Shown: positions 14,346 through 26,667, counted from the first letter of the stretch. The stretch: 64,000 nucleotides of DNA from Carcharhinus amblyrhynchos (GCA_965287045.1 OZ336874.1:65472001-65536000), one strand, 5' to 3'. The notes: generated from the letters alone by a model not told the origin. Numbers and translations: made by a program.

Positions 14346-15750
14346 GAAAACTGAGCAGACATCATTTCAAAGTTGCCATTAAGTACTGAGGTTGAAATGA
14401 ATCCAAAATCTTTCTGCTTCAGTGGAATCATCGAATTTCTCCATTCCTGCCTGCCATCAGGAAGGCTGAATGGTTTCAGCAATCCAAACTTCATGGGCTC
14501 AGTTCATTTTCAAGCACACTTACCAGACGGAGCATGTATTTCTGTTTTAAAAATACAATTTGATTTGTGGCTTTTGCAATACCCCGTATTATCCTCCTTG
14601 AAGAATGGATAAGGCTGATGGGGTATTTAAACAGATTAGTGGAATTCAGCTGGTCCACAGAACCAGAGCTTCCATCTGTTAAATCCCTGAGACAGAGCAG
14701 CCTGTCTTTTGAACCGTCACTCACATTCAAGCCATCGGTTGAAAGGGAGGGGGGCTGGGGGGGCGGGGGTGCGGTGGTTGCGGTGGTGCTGGTGGTTATG
14801 GGGATGTCTGATGAGCTACAACTGAATATGCTCCAAGTGCCAATGAGGCTGAGAGAAATGATGAGCACCAAGCTGCAATCAGTGGACACAAAAAAACTCC
14901 CAAACTGATCCACACTGAGTGAAACTCAGCAAGTTTCAGACAGCTGATCTTTTCTGTGGATGTTGTGAATTTAATGAACGGCTCGGTTCAACACTGTTAG
15001 CAAGTGGAGGCTGACATCAGCAGCACATGAGCTCCACTCAGACGCTGCGCTTTGGAACAGACGTTGTCACTTCTTAAACAAATTTGCAGATGTTCTCCAG
15101 GAGCAGTTGCAAGAAGGATCTTCTTAAAACAAAACCAACAGAGCAGAAAGCGATTATACCATAATGGGTGTAAAACTGGAGCAGCCCTGAGGCAATCCCA
15201 CTTGAAAATGATTGTAAATTTCCATTCGGTGTCTCCAATGCCAACATAAACTGAATTCATTTCAGTTCAATACCACACAAGGTACCTCCAATTAGGAACA
15301 AGAATGAGTTGTGCCGACCCTTTGATTGTGAACATTTTTTATTTGGACAATATACTAATGTTGATTTGAAGTTGTTACCGAATCCTGAACTCATCAAAAT
15401 GCTCCAGACAATAGACTGTGAAATCGTGTGGAGGGGACAGGGGTCTCAGCTGCCAGTTGGAGAGTCAGTGAATCACCACACTGCCCTCCCCACCCCCACC
15501 CCCACCCCAACCCCCCAATCCCCTCCCCAGGATCACCGCTTTCCGAGATAGCTCGCTGCACTGTGCATCACTTAGGCGTGTAACACACTGGTGAGGGCCT
15601 TCCTCATGGACCAAGAGGTCCGGGAGCAGGGGCAGATTGGCAACAAAGACGTGGCCCCAAAATGGCAGGGAGAGGGGCAAAATGATGAGTGAGTGCTCAA
15701 ATGAAAAGTTGCTGCGACTATGCAATGAAGGCTGGTCTACTAAGATTCAT

Positions 15751-15822
15751 GATGTGGAGATGCTGGCGTTGGACTGGAGTAAACACAGTAAGAAGTCTCA
15801 CAACACCAGGTTAAAGTCCAAC
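15751..15822 (+). mobile_element. Penelope-like element terminal (pLTR) fragment
   Basis: gatgtggagatgctggcgttggactggagtaaacacagtaagaagtctcacaacaccaggttaaagtccaac closely matches 47244-47315. Confidence 0.8.
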
Positions 15823-16439
15823 TGAGGCCTACTCAGGGTACTAACCAGAGGCCTACTCAGGGTACCACTGAGATTCACCAGACAATATCAGCACTAGTAA
15901 GCACTAGTGCTGGACATGGAGTATTCAAAGCCCTGAGTGTCTGCACCACCTTCCCACCTCTACCACAGTTAAGTTGATGGCAAGAATGCCTGTGGAGAGT
16001 CTATCTGCCCCATTGTCAATGCAGGCATTTAAGTCTTCAATTAATGCCTCATCCCATAGTACAAAATCCTGCAGAGAATTTGGAGGCAGCATTATTTGTG
16101 GGCTGTTCCTTTGAGATTTTTTTTGACAGAAATGGCAGCATATTATTTATTGAAGTTAGGGCTGGGGAGCCGAGCTGGTTTGTTTTTGCAGTTTTATCCA
16201 CAAGGATAAAATCTGACTGCAGTTTCTAGTTGTGGGCATGGGTAAAGAGATTTTGCAAAGGTTACTGTCACTCATTGAAATCGAGTGAGTGCGAGAGAAC
16301 TGCATGAGATTATTTTTCTCATACATGGCAGAGAGTACCACACTCAGGTCTGCTTTACAACCGGGATTGTGTGTGAACAATTGTGCATAGGTGAGTAATG
16401 GCAGGAGAGGAGTCACAAGGTGCTGTCGTGAGGGAGGAG

Positions 16440-16805
16440 GTTTGAGAGGGTTGGCAGCAAGGACAACGAGATTGCTCTCTGAAAGCTCACCCTGTCTTCC
16501 TGATGCTGGGTCCCTCAATCAGGCAATCGGTGGAGGGGCATCCCCACCTCCGGGAGCCAGCAAGCTAACAACCCATGGTGACCCCCTCCCCCCGCCCCCC
16601 CCCCCCCCCCCCAGCCCCACCCTACCAGCAGTGGTGGGTTGAGGCCCATAGGTGGGCACCAATTGCCCAAAAATGCCTGAATTGATAGTGGGGTAGGGAG
16701 CCTATCCAAAGGCCTTCCTGCCATAGACTTAGCTGGGGTAGAGGTGGGAAGGTGGTGCAGTCCCCACCCATCACCTCCCACCCAATTAAATGCTCCCAGC
16801 CATGA
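16440..16805. mobile_element. GC-rich non-autonomous DNA-transposon-like repeat
   Basis: Shares motifs (ccctcaatcaggca, gcaccaattgccca, aattaaatgc) with 18850-19540, 23640-24590, 25215-25915 and 31275-31830. Confidence 0.55.
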
Positions 16806-16976
16806 AAGACACCAAAGGGAAGGCAGAAGATTCCCCCATACATCAAAGTAACTGCTTTCAATGCATTTCAATACAATGTGGTCCAAAACTTTTCACGTTT
16901 GCTGATGAGATACAGTTCATATCAGATCAAGTGAGAAAGAAAATCAATAGTTTCTCTGTCAATCTGAATCAATTCA

Positions 16977-17279
16977 GGGTGGCACGGTGGCACTGCTGCC
17001 TCACAGTGCCAGGCTCAATTCCCAGCCTCGGGTCACTGTCTGTGTGGAGACCGCACATTTTCCCCGTGTCTGCGTGGGTTTCCTCCGAGTGCTCCGGTTT
17101 CATCCCACAGTCCAAAGATGTGAGGGTTAGGTTGATTGGCCATGCTAAATTGCCTGTTAGTGTTGGGGGGTATTAGTGGGGTTACAAGTGTAGGGCCTGG
17201 GTGGGATTGTTGTTATCGGTGTAGGTTCAATGGGCCGAATGGCCTCCTTCTGCTCTGTAGGGATTCCGTGATTTTATGA
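16977..17279 (+). mobile_element. HE1-type tRNA-derived V-SINE
   Basis: Head ggtggcacggtggc, V-domain tctgcgtgggtttcctccg...cccacagtccaaagatgtg...gattggccatgctaaattg, and HER1-type tail gggccgaatggcctccttctg...ggatt. Confidence 0.92.
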
Positions 17280-17667
17280 AATGCACTTGTTGGGTTAAGA
17301 ATATGTCCTCCAAACACTCTGTCTGTCTTATTCACCCTAGTACCACAACATCTTATCTGCCATCCACATTTGGACCCAAAGTGAGCCAATGGATCAAATA
17401 TGTTTATAAATTACAAGTATTTCAGTAGAAGTAAGCCTGAATAAAAATGGCACAAAGGAAAGAAAATCCAGGAGATGTGCAAGGCCACATTAACTTTTGG
17501 ATCAATGTTGTTTCTCAGCAGAAGCCTGAGGGCTGTCCATAATGTTAAACTGTACTGCCAGTCTGTTGCATTGATTCCTTGAGGAATGTGGCTCCCCAGC
17601 CTGGAAGTTTTTATAACATCCCAGAATCTTTTACAGCTGATCAATTACTTTTCCAGGGTAGTTATGG

Positions 17668-17840
17668 TTACCTAGGCAAACATAGCAGCCAATTTACACA
17701 CAGCAAGATACCATAAGTAGTGATAAAACAGATGAATAAGTAACGTGTTGATGGTGTTGACTGGATGGTAAATGGTGCCCAAGAGAACCGCCCTGTAATT
17801 CTCTGAATAATGTCACGGGAGCTTTTATGTACAGCTGGAT
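17668..17840 (-). mobile_element. Deu-domain SINE fragment
   Basis: gcagccaatttacacacagcaagat...ctctgaataatgtcacgggagcttttatgtac resembles the reverse-complement Deu core. Confidence 0.55.
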
Positions 17841-17851
17841 AGAAAGACACT

Positions 17852-18778
17852 AAAATGAAAGCAAAATTACTGCTGATGCTGGAAATCTGAAATAGAAACC
17901 AAAAATATAAGAACATAAGGACTAGGAGCAGGAGTAGGCCGTCTGGCCTCTCAAGCCCACTCCGCTGCAAGATCATGGTTGATCTTTCCATGGACTCAGC
18001 TCCACCTACCCACCCGCTCACCATAACCCTTAATTCCTTTACTGTAACTATCCTGGAAGAACTCAGTAGGTCTGACAGCATCGGTGGAGAGGGAAAAACA
18101 GACAGGCGATTTTTTAGTCCTGTTTGATGCGGACATGAATCCCGTTATAGCGAGAGGGCCATTCCGGGATCTGCACTGGGGAGGTCTCAGAATGAGCAAC
18201 AGAATGAGATTCACGCCCAATGAGGGTGTGAGCCTGGTGACTATGAGTTTAAATATTCCTAAACAGCATAACCATCTGACAACGCCACCACTCCACGCCC
18301 CCCTCCCCAACCCACTCCCCCGCCTTGCCCAGCAGCCCCCGTGCAGTCCACAGCGGCGGGGGAGGGCTCAGAAGGCAATATAGCTCGCGGTTGGTGAGGG
18401 GCACAGCTAGGATGTGCCCTGGTACTACTGTCCCTGGCAGTGCCTATGTGGCAACCCCATGAACAGCCAGAAAATTTCAGCCATCCACTCTATTTTCTCT
18501 CTCTACAGATGCTGCCAGATCTGCTGGATGGGATTTTACGACTTCCCCTACCCTCCCCCCAGTATGGTGAGTTTTCTGGTGGCAGAAGTCATTGGCCATC
18601 AGCAAGATCCTCTAGTCCCTCCGATGTCTACAGGGTGACTTGCCTGTCACGCCACCAGCGATTCCGCTATTGGTGGGGGGGGGAAGAGGGCTCGCCTCCG
18701 GAGGGACTGGCAGATTCCGCCAATGGGAAGGGCTGGAAAATCCCACTCACTGAGTCTGTCCAGCATTTTGTGTTTTTG
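17852..18778. mobile_element. Penelope-derived inverted-arm element interrupted by three younger insertions
   Basis: Left arm gatgctggaaatctgaaatagaaacc...ctcagtaggtctgacagcatcggtggagagggaaaaacaga; right arm ctctctctacagatgctgccagatctgct...gagtctgtccagcattttgtgtttt. Same family as 37375-37667 and 61860-62035. Confidence 0.7.
17905..18050 (-). mobile_element. CR1/HER1 3' end fragment
   Basis: ataagaacataaggactaggagcaggagtaggcc...gatcatggttgatct; the same tail appears on + at 13135-13213 and 62195-62242. Confidence 0.75.
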
Positions 18779-18849
18779 GCCAGAAGGACAGGCGGTTTAG
18801 GAGGAAAATTTAGACCATTAAAACAGAGTCCGTTAAAGGGGGAATTATG

Positions 18850-19540
18850 GGTGGAATTAAATGCCCTCCCCTTTGATGAATTTGGTGGCATGGAGGAATT
18901 TAGTCAGGTGGGAAGGTGGCAGATGGGAATCCCACCCCCTTACTGCCACTGGTCCAATGAGGTCTGCGGCAGGAGGGCCCCTTGCTGGCCTTCCTACCCT
19001 GCCACCATTTGAGGCCCTGATGTGGACTATTAATGCTCACCTAGGGGACTCATTCCACTGCTACTGGCATTCACCAATTGGCAGATGAGGTTTTACCAGA
19101 TGGGACACCCAAAAAGCAAGGCCTGCCATTTTTTTCGTGCGGTCTTTGGCTGGGGGTTGTGGGGGGGCAGTTCCTCCTTCAAAGGCATGCACTGCCTGAT
19201 TGAGGGATCTGGCATCGGAAAGTGGGGAGCCAGCTGAGATCCAGCACGTCATGGCTGTCGACCCGCCCCCCGTCTCTCGGTTGCGACTGGTAATCCGCGG
19301 GATGGGCACCACTTCTCCAGTGGCACTGCCAATTGATGAGCTGCTAGCCTCTAATTGGTCAGCAGGGGTATCTCTTGGTCAGCGGGCCTTCCATCCCATG
19401 TCCATGACCCCAAGGAGGACCCCACCCACCGCTGCCGAGTTAAATGCCTGATTGGGCACTTAATTTGAAGGGACTTCCCCAAAAACAGATGACGCAGGGC
19501 TCTCTCCCAGCCCCTTGTCACCTCCAATACCATCCCAACA
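18850..19540. mobile_element. GC-rich non-autonomous DNA-transposon-like repeat
   Basis: Starts gggtggaattaaatgccc and contains gcactgcctgattgaggga, ctaattggtcagca and attgggcacttaattt, shared with other copies in the window. Confidence 0.6.
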
Positions 19541-20485
19541 TGTGTGATTCAGTTAACAATTTGATGTGGTGAACGTCTATGATTCTGCGATTCTATAAAA
19601 AACGAACTGTAATTTATCAGAACCGCTAGCTATAACTAAAAAAAAACCCAATTCTGTTCACAAAATCGATGTGCAATATTAACTGCATGCGCCCTTCTAG
19701 TGAAAGCAACAAGATGTAGCAACATCATTTGTTACAATAAAAGGTCACAAATAACAGTACGTACTGAACAATAAAATTACTCTCAAGTACCAAAAATGAA
19801 CCGAGTACAGCCTCCCTTTGCCATCTGCACTGGCTGGGCCATGTTGTTGCTCCCAATTCACTCCCAACTCAGCAATGTAAAAAAGGGTGGATTTGAAAGA
19901 AAAAAAGACAAATCTTCCGTCAGAAATTCTTGAGGCAAATGTACAGTTAATAAAGTATGATATAAATAGTGTGTCTCTTGTTCACATGGTGTAGTCTCTC
20001 AGGATTAATGAACTGCTAAGCGCTTATTTGACGCCATCAGCAAGTGGTGTGTGGGTAAAGTCAGCTCCGACACAAGCTGTTTAGAGGCAAGCGGATCTCA
20101 TGGACTTTATACCGTACTAATTAAAATCACTTCAGCTCAACCAGAAAAGCTCCACTTGTATTGTTCTATTTATTAGCCAGTAATTCAGGCTGCAGGATTT
20201 TTTAAAAAAAACAATTAGTTACTAACCCCATTGGTTGTCATTCTGCTTTCATTCAGCAAAGAAGTAATAGTAATAGAACCCTGACCCAGGGCAACCATGG
20301 CAACAGATCTTGACGTGTCCTTGAAACTGGCCTTCTGCCAAATTATTCTTTGCGTTTTGGTTTGAAACAAACTAAAATTATGGACAATTAGATTTTACAA
20401 ATTTGCAGTCAAAAAGAAGTTCATAATTCCTATTTGGCATGAATTATCCAACAGATATTTCACCAATTTACCATTTACACCAGAC

Positions 20486-21140
20486 GGGACGTATGGAGCA
20501 CGAGTCGGCTATTCGGCCCCTCGAGTTTGCTCTGCCGTATGATAAGATCATGGTTGGGTGGCACGGTGGCACAGTGGTTAGCACTGCTGCCCCACAGCGC
20601 CAGGGGCCCGGGTTTGATTCCGACCTCGGTGACTGCCTGTGTGGAGTTTGCACCTTCTCCCCGTGTCTGTGTGGGGTTTCCCCTGGTTTCCTCCCACACT
20701 CCAAAGATGTGCTGGTTGTTAGGTTGATTGGCCACGCTGAATTGACCCTTAGTGTCTGGAGGATTAGCAGGGTAAATACATGGAGCTATGGGGATAGAGC
20801 CTGGGTGGGATTGTTATCAGTGCAGGCTCGATGGGCTGAATGGCCTCTTTCTACAGTGCAGGGATTCTATGATCTGATTGCAGCTTCTACTTTCCTGTCT
20901 GCCCACTTTATTTTTTGACTCCAACTCAAACCTGAAAAGCATTCAATGACCCTGCATCCATTGTTCTCTGAGGAAAGAAGATTTCACAGACTAACAACCC
21001 TCAGAGGGACAAAAATTCTCATTTCCATCTTAAATGGGAGACCCCTTATTATTAAACAGTGTCCCTTAATTCTAGTTTCTCCCACAAGGGATCAACATTT
21101 ATCCTGGAAGGTCCCCTCGGAGTCTTTTACGTTTCAATAA
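20486..21140 (-). mobile_element. CR1/HER1-type LINE 3' fragment interrupted by an HE1 SINE
   Basis: ggctattcggcccctcgag...aagatcatggttg | gatctgattg...agaagatttcacagactaacaaccctcagag...ttaaatgggagaccccttattattaaacagtgtcccttaattctag. Confidence 0.75.
20556..20873 (+). mobile_element. HE1-type V-SINE, full length
   Basis: ggtggcacggtggcacagtggttagcactgctgcc (A-box), gggtttgattcc (B-box-like), V-domain, tail gggattctatgat. Confidence 0.93.
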
Positions 21141-22238
21141 AAGGACCATCGCTTTGTTAATGTCGCAAAATGGTTTGGAATATTATAACATAAAGAGGAA
21201 AAAGGCATTTTTGTGTTACAGAATGTAAGATTTAGTATATTCAGCATGTTGCACTAATCACCGCACTGTATCGACATCATTCCACTGTTGATTCTCTCTT
21301 TTCCAATTGCCATAATGCCTGCCTGTCCACCTCTCCTTTTCCAGTTGACCAGAAGCTTGCCTGCTCTCCCACAGCTGCTGACATGCTGAAATTGTTGCCA
21401 ACATTCTCCACTTATGTTTCAATTTCCAACATCTGCAATACTTTTCTTTTTACACAGTATCCACCACTCTTTCTTACATGTAACTATAGAGAATGTTCCC
21501 AAGGCAGCAATACTCAAAACCTCTCTCCCCCATTCGCTCGCTCCCTGGGTTGTTCCCAAGGACATCCAAGAGCCCAAGATTCCCATTGATAAAAGGGCAG
21601 TGAATCTCACTTGCCGCTTTTAGATTTAGCCGGTGATCTAATAAGAGCTCCAGTCAGAAAATATCTATAAGCGGCTTTCCTGCTGATTTAACACAAAAGC
21701 AATGATTATGATGGCTTACAATTTTCAGAACAATGACTACATATATCCTCACAGTGTTGTGTTATTATGTCCCCGGTTGCAGGCTCAGCATTTCAATGTT
21801 ACTGCCCTCCATCAATGGAAAAGCAGTATCTGAATATGCAAGTAAATACTGTACGACAATTTGACAATATTGCTCATGGTGCTGCCATGACAACACCGGC
21901 AATAGCAACACTGGAAGCAGCAATTGTAATGGACTCAAATATCAATAGCACAGAACATTATTGTTACACAAGGTGCTGAGGAGTAAAACAGCCACTTTAT
22001 TATTCAACTTGTTCCTGTATATGAGCCAGCAGGCTCATACTTGAAAGTAATTTTCTGCTGTAGTGTGTCTCGGTGTGCCAAACAAACCCCAAATGTATGT
22101 CCGTGCTTACTCTTTACTTCCATTGGTGCAAGTCCACTTCAAAGCAGACCCTTCTCAAGATCAAAATTAGTTAAAGATCCCTGGTTTCAATGTGTTACGA
22201 TTAATGCACATTTCTTCCACGGGAAGCCTTGCAGAGAC

Positions 22239-22560
22239 TGGCACAGCGGTGAGCACTGCTGCCTCACAGCACCCACCAGGGAGCTGGACTCAGTTCCGGC
22301 CTTGGGTCACTGTCCGCGTGGAGTTTGCACATTCTCCCCGTGTCTGCATGGGTTTCCTCCAGGTGCTCCGGTTTCCTCCCACAGTCCCAAAGATGTGCGG
22401 GTTAAGTTGATCGGTTACCCTAAATTGACCCTAGTGTCAGGAGGATTAGCAGGGTAAGTGTGTGGGGTTATGGGAATAGAGCCTGGGTGGGATTGTGATT
22501 GGTGCAGACTCAATGGGTGAATGGCCTCCTTCTGCACTGTAGGGATTATACGATTCTATG
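22239..22560 (+). mobile_element. HE1-type V-SINE
   Basis: Same head, V-domain and tail as the other copies. Confidence 0.92.
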
Positions 22561-23639
22561 GATGCAAATTTCTTTTTAAAATTCTCCGCTCTTTGCCTGA
22601 GTGGGCATGATTCATATCTGGGTCCCAACAGAGAATGTTGGCGAGCTATTTTAACTCAGACAGCAGCGGTAACATTTACCTTCCTGGACTTGGCGGTGGG
22701 CCGCCAGAGCAGATTTCCCACTCGTCGTGGAGTCCATCTGATTTTCACCCCGTTGAAATAAAATGAATGAAAACTGGGCAGGTAATCCATTCAGTGAAAC
22801 AGTCGACCAAGCTGTCAGGATTTATCCTTTGATCGAGTGCTTACTGACAGCAAAGCAGCCTTGCTATCGGCATTTGTTGTTGCGTGATTATCAGGAGCAG
22901 GAAATCTAGATGACTTTCAAAAATCAAGGGCAATGAGATTTTCTTGGACAGTGTTTCTGCTGCCACCCTGGCAGTTCAAAGCGAAGATCTTCCAATTCTG
23001 TATAGGACTGCTATGGTTCAGTTATGGACTGGATAAACTTGCTGAGACATCAGGAAAGCTCACGCTTCAGTTAATCTAATCAGGATCCTACTGCATTCTT
23101 TATTATGTGTTGCTTTCCCAGCTTGAAATTTCCCGTTAAGGGACCCTTTTAACCACTGGACCACCCACTCCACCATGTTTGCTCTTGTTCAGCTCTCTTT
23201 GCGTAAACGCAGTGAAATGTGTGTTTTACCAATCCTCCTGTCATTTACAGCAGGCTGCAGCAAGGGGAAAAAAAAGTCATTTATACGAGCCACTTTTAAG
23301 TGACAAACTCATAAATTCCGGCAAAAATGCTGTCAACACCACTCGACATCCCTCCTAGAATACAAAGCCACGTACGAGGGCAAGTCTGTTGGTAAGGATG
23401 ATTTCAAATACTTTGAACGCTCTTGTCTATATAGTCAAGAGCAAGTGCTGAATTCAAGGCACACCGTAAACTGGGGAAAAAAAACTTACCCAAAAAGTCA
23501 CTCACTTTCACGACGGAGACAAGGATTTTTAAAACTCTTATCCAGATAGCCAATGTGGTGTGGTCCATTGTTGAAGGTTTACAAACAAGTAAACTCTTCC
23601 AAATAAAAGGGGCTATTTTACTAAATTATCAGCAGCATG

Positions 23640-24590
23640 ACAGACTGGATTTTATGGGATGCTGCAGTCCCATGTCCCCAGACTGAAACGGCAATGGGGA
23701 GACCTCCCAGGGGAGGTACAGCTGCCCTGCTGTCACTTGATGGTCAGTTGTCTGCTGCAGACTGGATTTTCACCCCTGGGGTCAGAAGGCCCTGCTCACT
23801 GGGCAGCTCCGTGGTCCCAGCAGTGCCAGGTGGGAGCAGTGGCCACTTCTGGGAATACAGGCAGTCCCCAATGGAGACTGTTGCTGGAGCGGCATCAGGA
23901 TGGCAGGCCACAGCGAGGATGGTGAAGGAAGGGTGGCGGGGAGGGGGTGAGGGAGCAGAAGCTGGTCTCAGAGGTTGGGGAAGGGGGAAGTGTGATCTGA
24001 GTGGGCGGGCACCTTCGATGGGCATTGGGGATCTACAAAGGAACCAACCCCCAACTCCTTGCCTGACACCGGCTCATGCTGTGGTACTTCCGATATGGCA
24101 TGGACCTCTCCCGCCATGGTAAAATACTGAGGCAGAATGGAACCTGAAAGTGTTCACTAATTGGCCACTTAGGAGCCTCAACAGGCCTTCTGCACCTCCA
24201 TCACTACCTGTAAAGTTTCAGACAGGTTGGAGACGGGCAAGAAGGCAGCAGAAAGGCCACTCACTATAATCTTTTGAATCGTTATCGAAGATGGCACCGG
24301 AGTGAGGCGACATCTTGCAAGCAGTGCCCAGCATACCTTCTAATTCTATCTTTTACTCTCATTCTACGCTCCTGAAATTTCATTCTAACTCTTTCACTGT
24401 AACACTACATTCTGCACTCTCTCCTTTCCTTCTCTATGAATGGTATGCTTTGTCTGTGTAGCGCGCAAGAAACAATACTTTTCACTGCATACTAATGCGT
24501 GTGACAATAATAAATCAAATCAAATCAAAATAATCCGCCCCCTCCCTCATACCTTCCAAGAAGAAGCGGAGAAGCGTAAAAGCCAGCCCC
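23640..24590. mobile_element. GC-rich non-autonomous DNA-transposon-like element with a nested retroposon
   Basis: Ends gactggattttatg ... cgtaaaagccagccc form an imperfect TIR; internal ctaattggccacttaggagcctca is shared with 31680-31700 and 25365-25390. Confidence 0.6.
24272..24529 (+). mobile_element. Short non-autonomous retroposon with a Rex1-type 3' end
   Basis: 5' AAGATGGCACCG at 24288; 3' half matches the Rex1 3'UTR at 54455-54580; (AATCA)3 tail; flanked by ATAATC direct repeats. Confidence 0.75.
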
Positions 24591-25214
24591 AGACCACTCC
24601 ACAGTCTGACACATTTTATCGGCAACTGGCTTTGCCAAGGAACAAGAGTTAACCTTGCAGCATCAAACACCCCTTAACCTGGCTTCCTCAGCTCTGTGGA
24701 ACGGGAGGCGTTTGGAAAGGAATTATTTTACGAAACAATAATTATCACCAAGGAACAGGATATTCAGACAAGTCCTCTGGATTGGGGGTTTGATCAAGCG
24801 GAATTAATGCGCAGGCTCACCGTGCACTTCAGTTTTAATTACTTACACATGTAAAATAAAGTTTCTTAAATGTCTTTTTTAAACAGGGAAGCTGAGATAC
24901 TGAACATCCTGTTCTTAAAAGTTCTTACAAAGCATGTTTGTCCAAATAGCAATTCACATGACTGTTGGTGCCAACATCAGTGGACAGCAGTGTAAACAGT
25001 GAAGAGCTGCAAGTCACTGAGGCACGAACAATTAAAATGTTTGTTTTCATGACTGACCTCAGGCCTAAAGCAGGATATGAATTAGGTTTAAATAAAAGGA
25101 TAATCATTCACTGTTAGAAAAGTGCAATCCAAGATATCCAACAAAAATAGAACAGCCTTCCGAAAAACATGTGACCAACAATAATCTTTAAAGCAACTTG
25201 ATCTTTAGACATTC

Positions 25215-25915
25215 TCGGCCTGAATTTTACACTCCCCCCTCCCAAACTTTGAGGCAGAGGGGGAGCATGAAATAGGATGGATGGGATTCCTTCAGATATT
25301 CCATCCTCCCCGAGCATAGTTGGGTACGCAGGGCCTCAGGCCGGACGCTCGCCCTTGCTCCTATTAAGGCCTTTAAGGGGCCACTTCAGATCCTCGATCT
25401 TGGGAGGGAAAGGTGAAAGGGAGGCATGTTCAGGACATTGTAGGCCACCTTCTGACTGGGAGGATGGCCTCTCCTCATGGACCTGATGCATCCAGATTTC
25501 CCTTCCCTGCTCTATTCTAGCCTATTACTCAATGCCCTACCCGCACCACCGCCCCCCCCGCCCTGCCTCCCCATGCTAACCTCCCACTGCATTCTCTACC
25601 GTCCCTGGGGACCTCTGCCACACCTCTTCATACTGACTGCCGTCACTTAGTCCCAGGCACGGTGCTGCAGTGCCTCTTCCAGCCAATGCAGCACTGCACC
25701 TGGATGGGCTGTCCGCCAATCTGATTGGGTGTCAGCTCTTCAAGACGGGACTCCCTTCCTAGTGTGAACAAAAACCAATTCCCCCCAACATCCCCGAGCT
25801 CCCATCCCCGCTGTCAATCAATGCTCACGTTGAGTGTAAAATAGCCACCGGTGGGTCAGAGTCAGCTGGGATGCATTCTGCACTAACTCTCCTCCCAAAT
25901 GACCAACATCAGGCC
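25215..25915. mobile_element. GC-rich non-autonomous DNA-transposon-like repeat
   Basis: Starts ggcctgaattttac; internal ttaaggcctttaaggggccactt and gccaatctgattgg are shared with other copies. Confidence 0.55.
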
Positions 25916-26667
25916 CTTGTTTATAAAAAAGGAATGCAGAGGGGAAGTGCACATTAATTTGTTAATTTGAGCGAAGGCAATACATACTATGTTGATATTT
26001 TGTCACTTGACCAATAAGGTCACACTCAATTAAATTGACCGTCACACAGTCAATATTTTGGTATAGCCCATAAATATCTATAAATGATTAAAATACATTC
26101 ATGTAATGTGAATTTCCTGTCCACAAATGTTACTTTGTGTAACACTTTCCATAGCAATATTTAGGATGGTAACTTCATGTTTACTTTTGTTAGGGATTTG
26201 TTCAAAAACATTGAGAATATTAACCTATTATAATTCCACGTTTTCCCTCTGAACACACTTAATAAAAGAAAAATTCTCTGTAAACATTTCAAAATCACAC
26301 TGTTATTGGCCAATTAAATCACTGATAATGCTTCTTGGAAGAATTTGCTCAGAAATTTAAAATATTTATTTCACAATAAGATGATTAAATGCATCAATTT
26401 TTTGCTTTCTAATAATCTCATTAAATCCTTTTAATTGTAGGCATTATCCTCTTCCAAAACCTGAGCTTTCACAGCTTTTGCTCAGAATGGTGAGTGAAAG
26501 AGTGGTAACTGTAGTCTGAGCATGAAGAGTGCACGACATTTCCAAAGATTCACCAGAAACAATTCAGCTTTCCAGATGACAAAATGCTTTGCTCTCAGTC
26601 TCCACCAATCTCTATTTGGTTGTTTTCACAATTATTACAAGGTCATAGTGCAAATTTTGAAAAGCAT

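Noticed and set aside
14491-14913. 140-aa minus-strand ORF resembling a signal-peptide or transmembrane first exon ending at a GTAAGT donor
   Set aside because: Its start is GTG, not ATG; an in-frame TGA lies five codons upstream; the only ATG is four codons before the donor; the donor falls in phase 0, incompatible with the phase-1 ZNF608 intron; no recognisable homology.
18440-19012. Longest ORF in the window (190 aa), and the similar GC-rich ORF at 23637-24122
   Set aside because: The first crosses boundaries of several unrelated repeats and the second lies inside one; GC-rich repeats are stop-poor; no transposase motifs.
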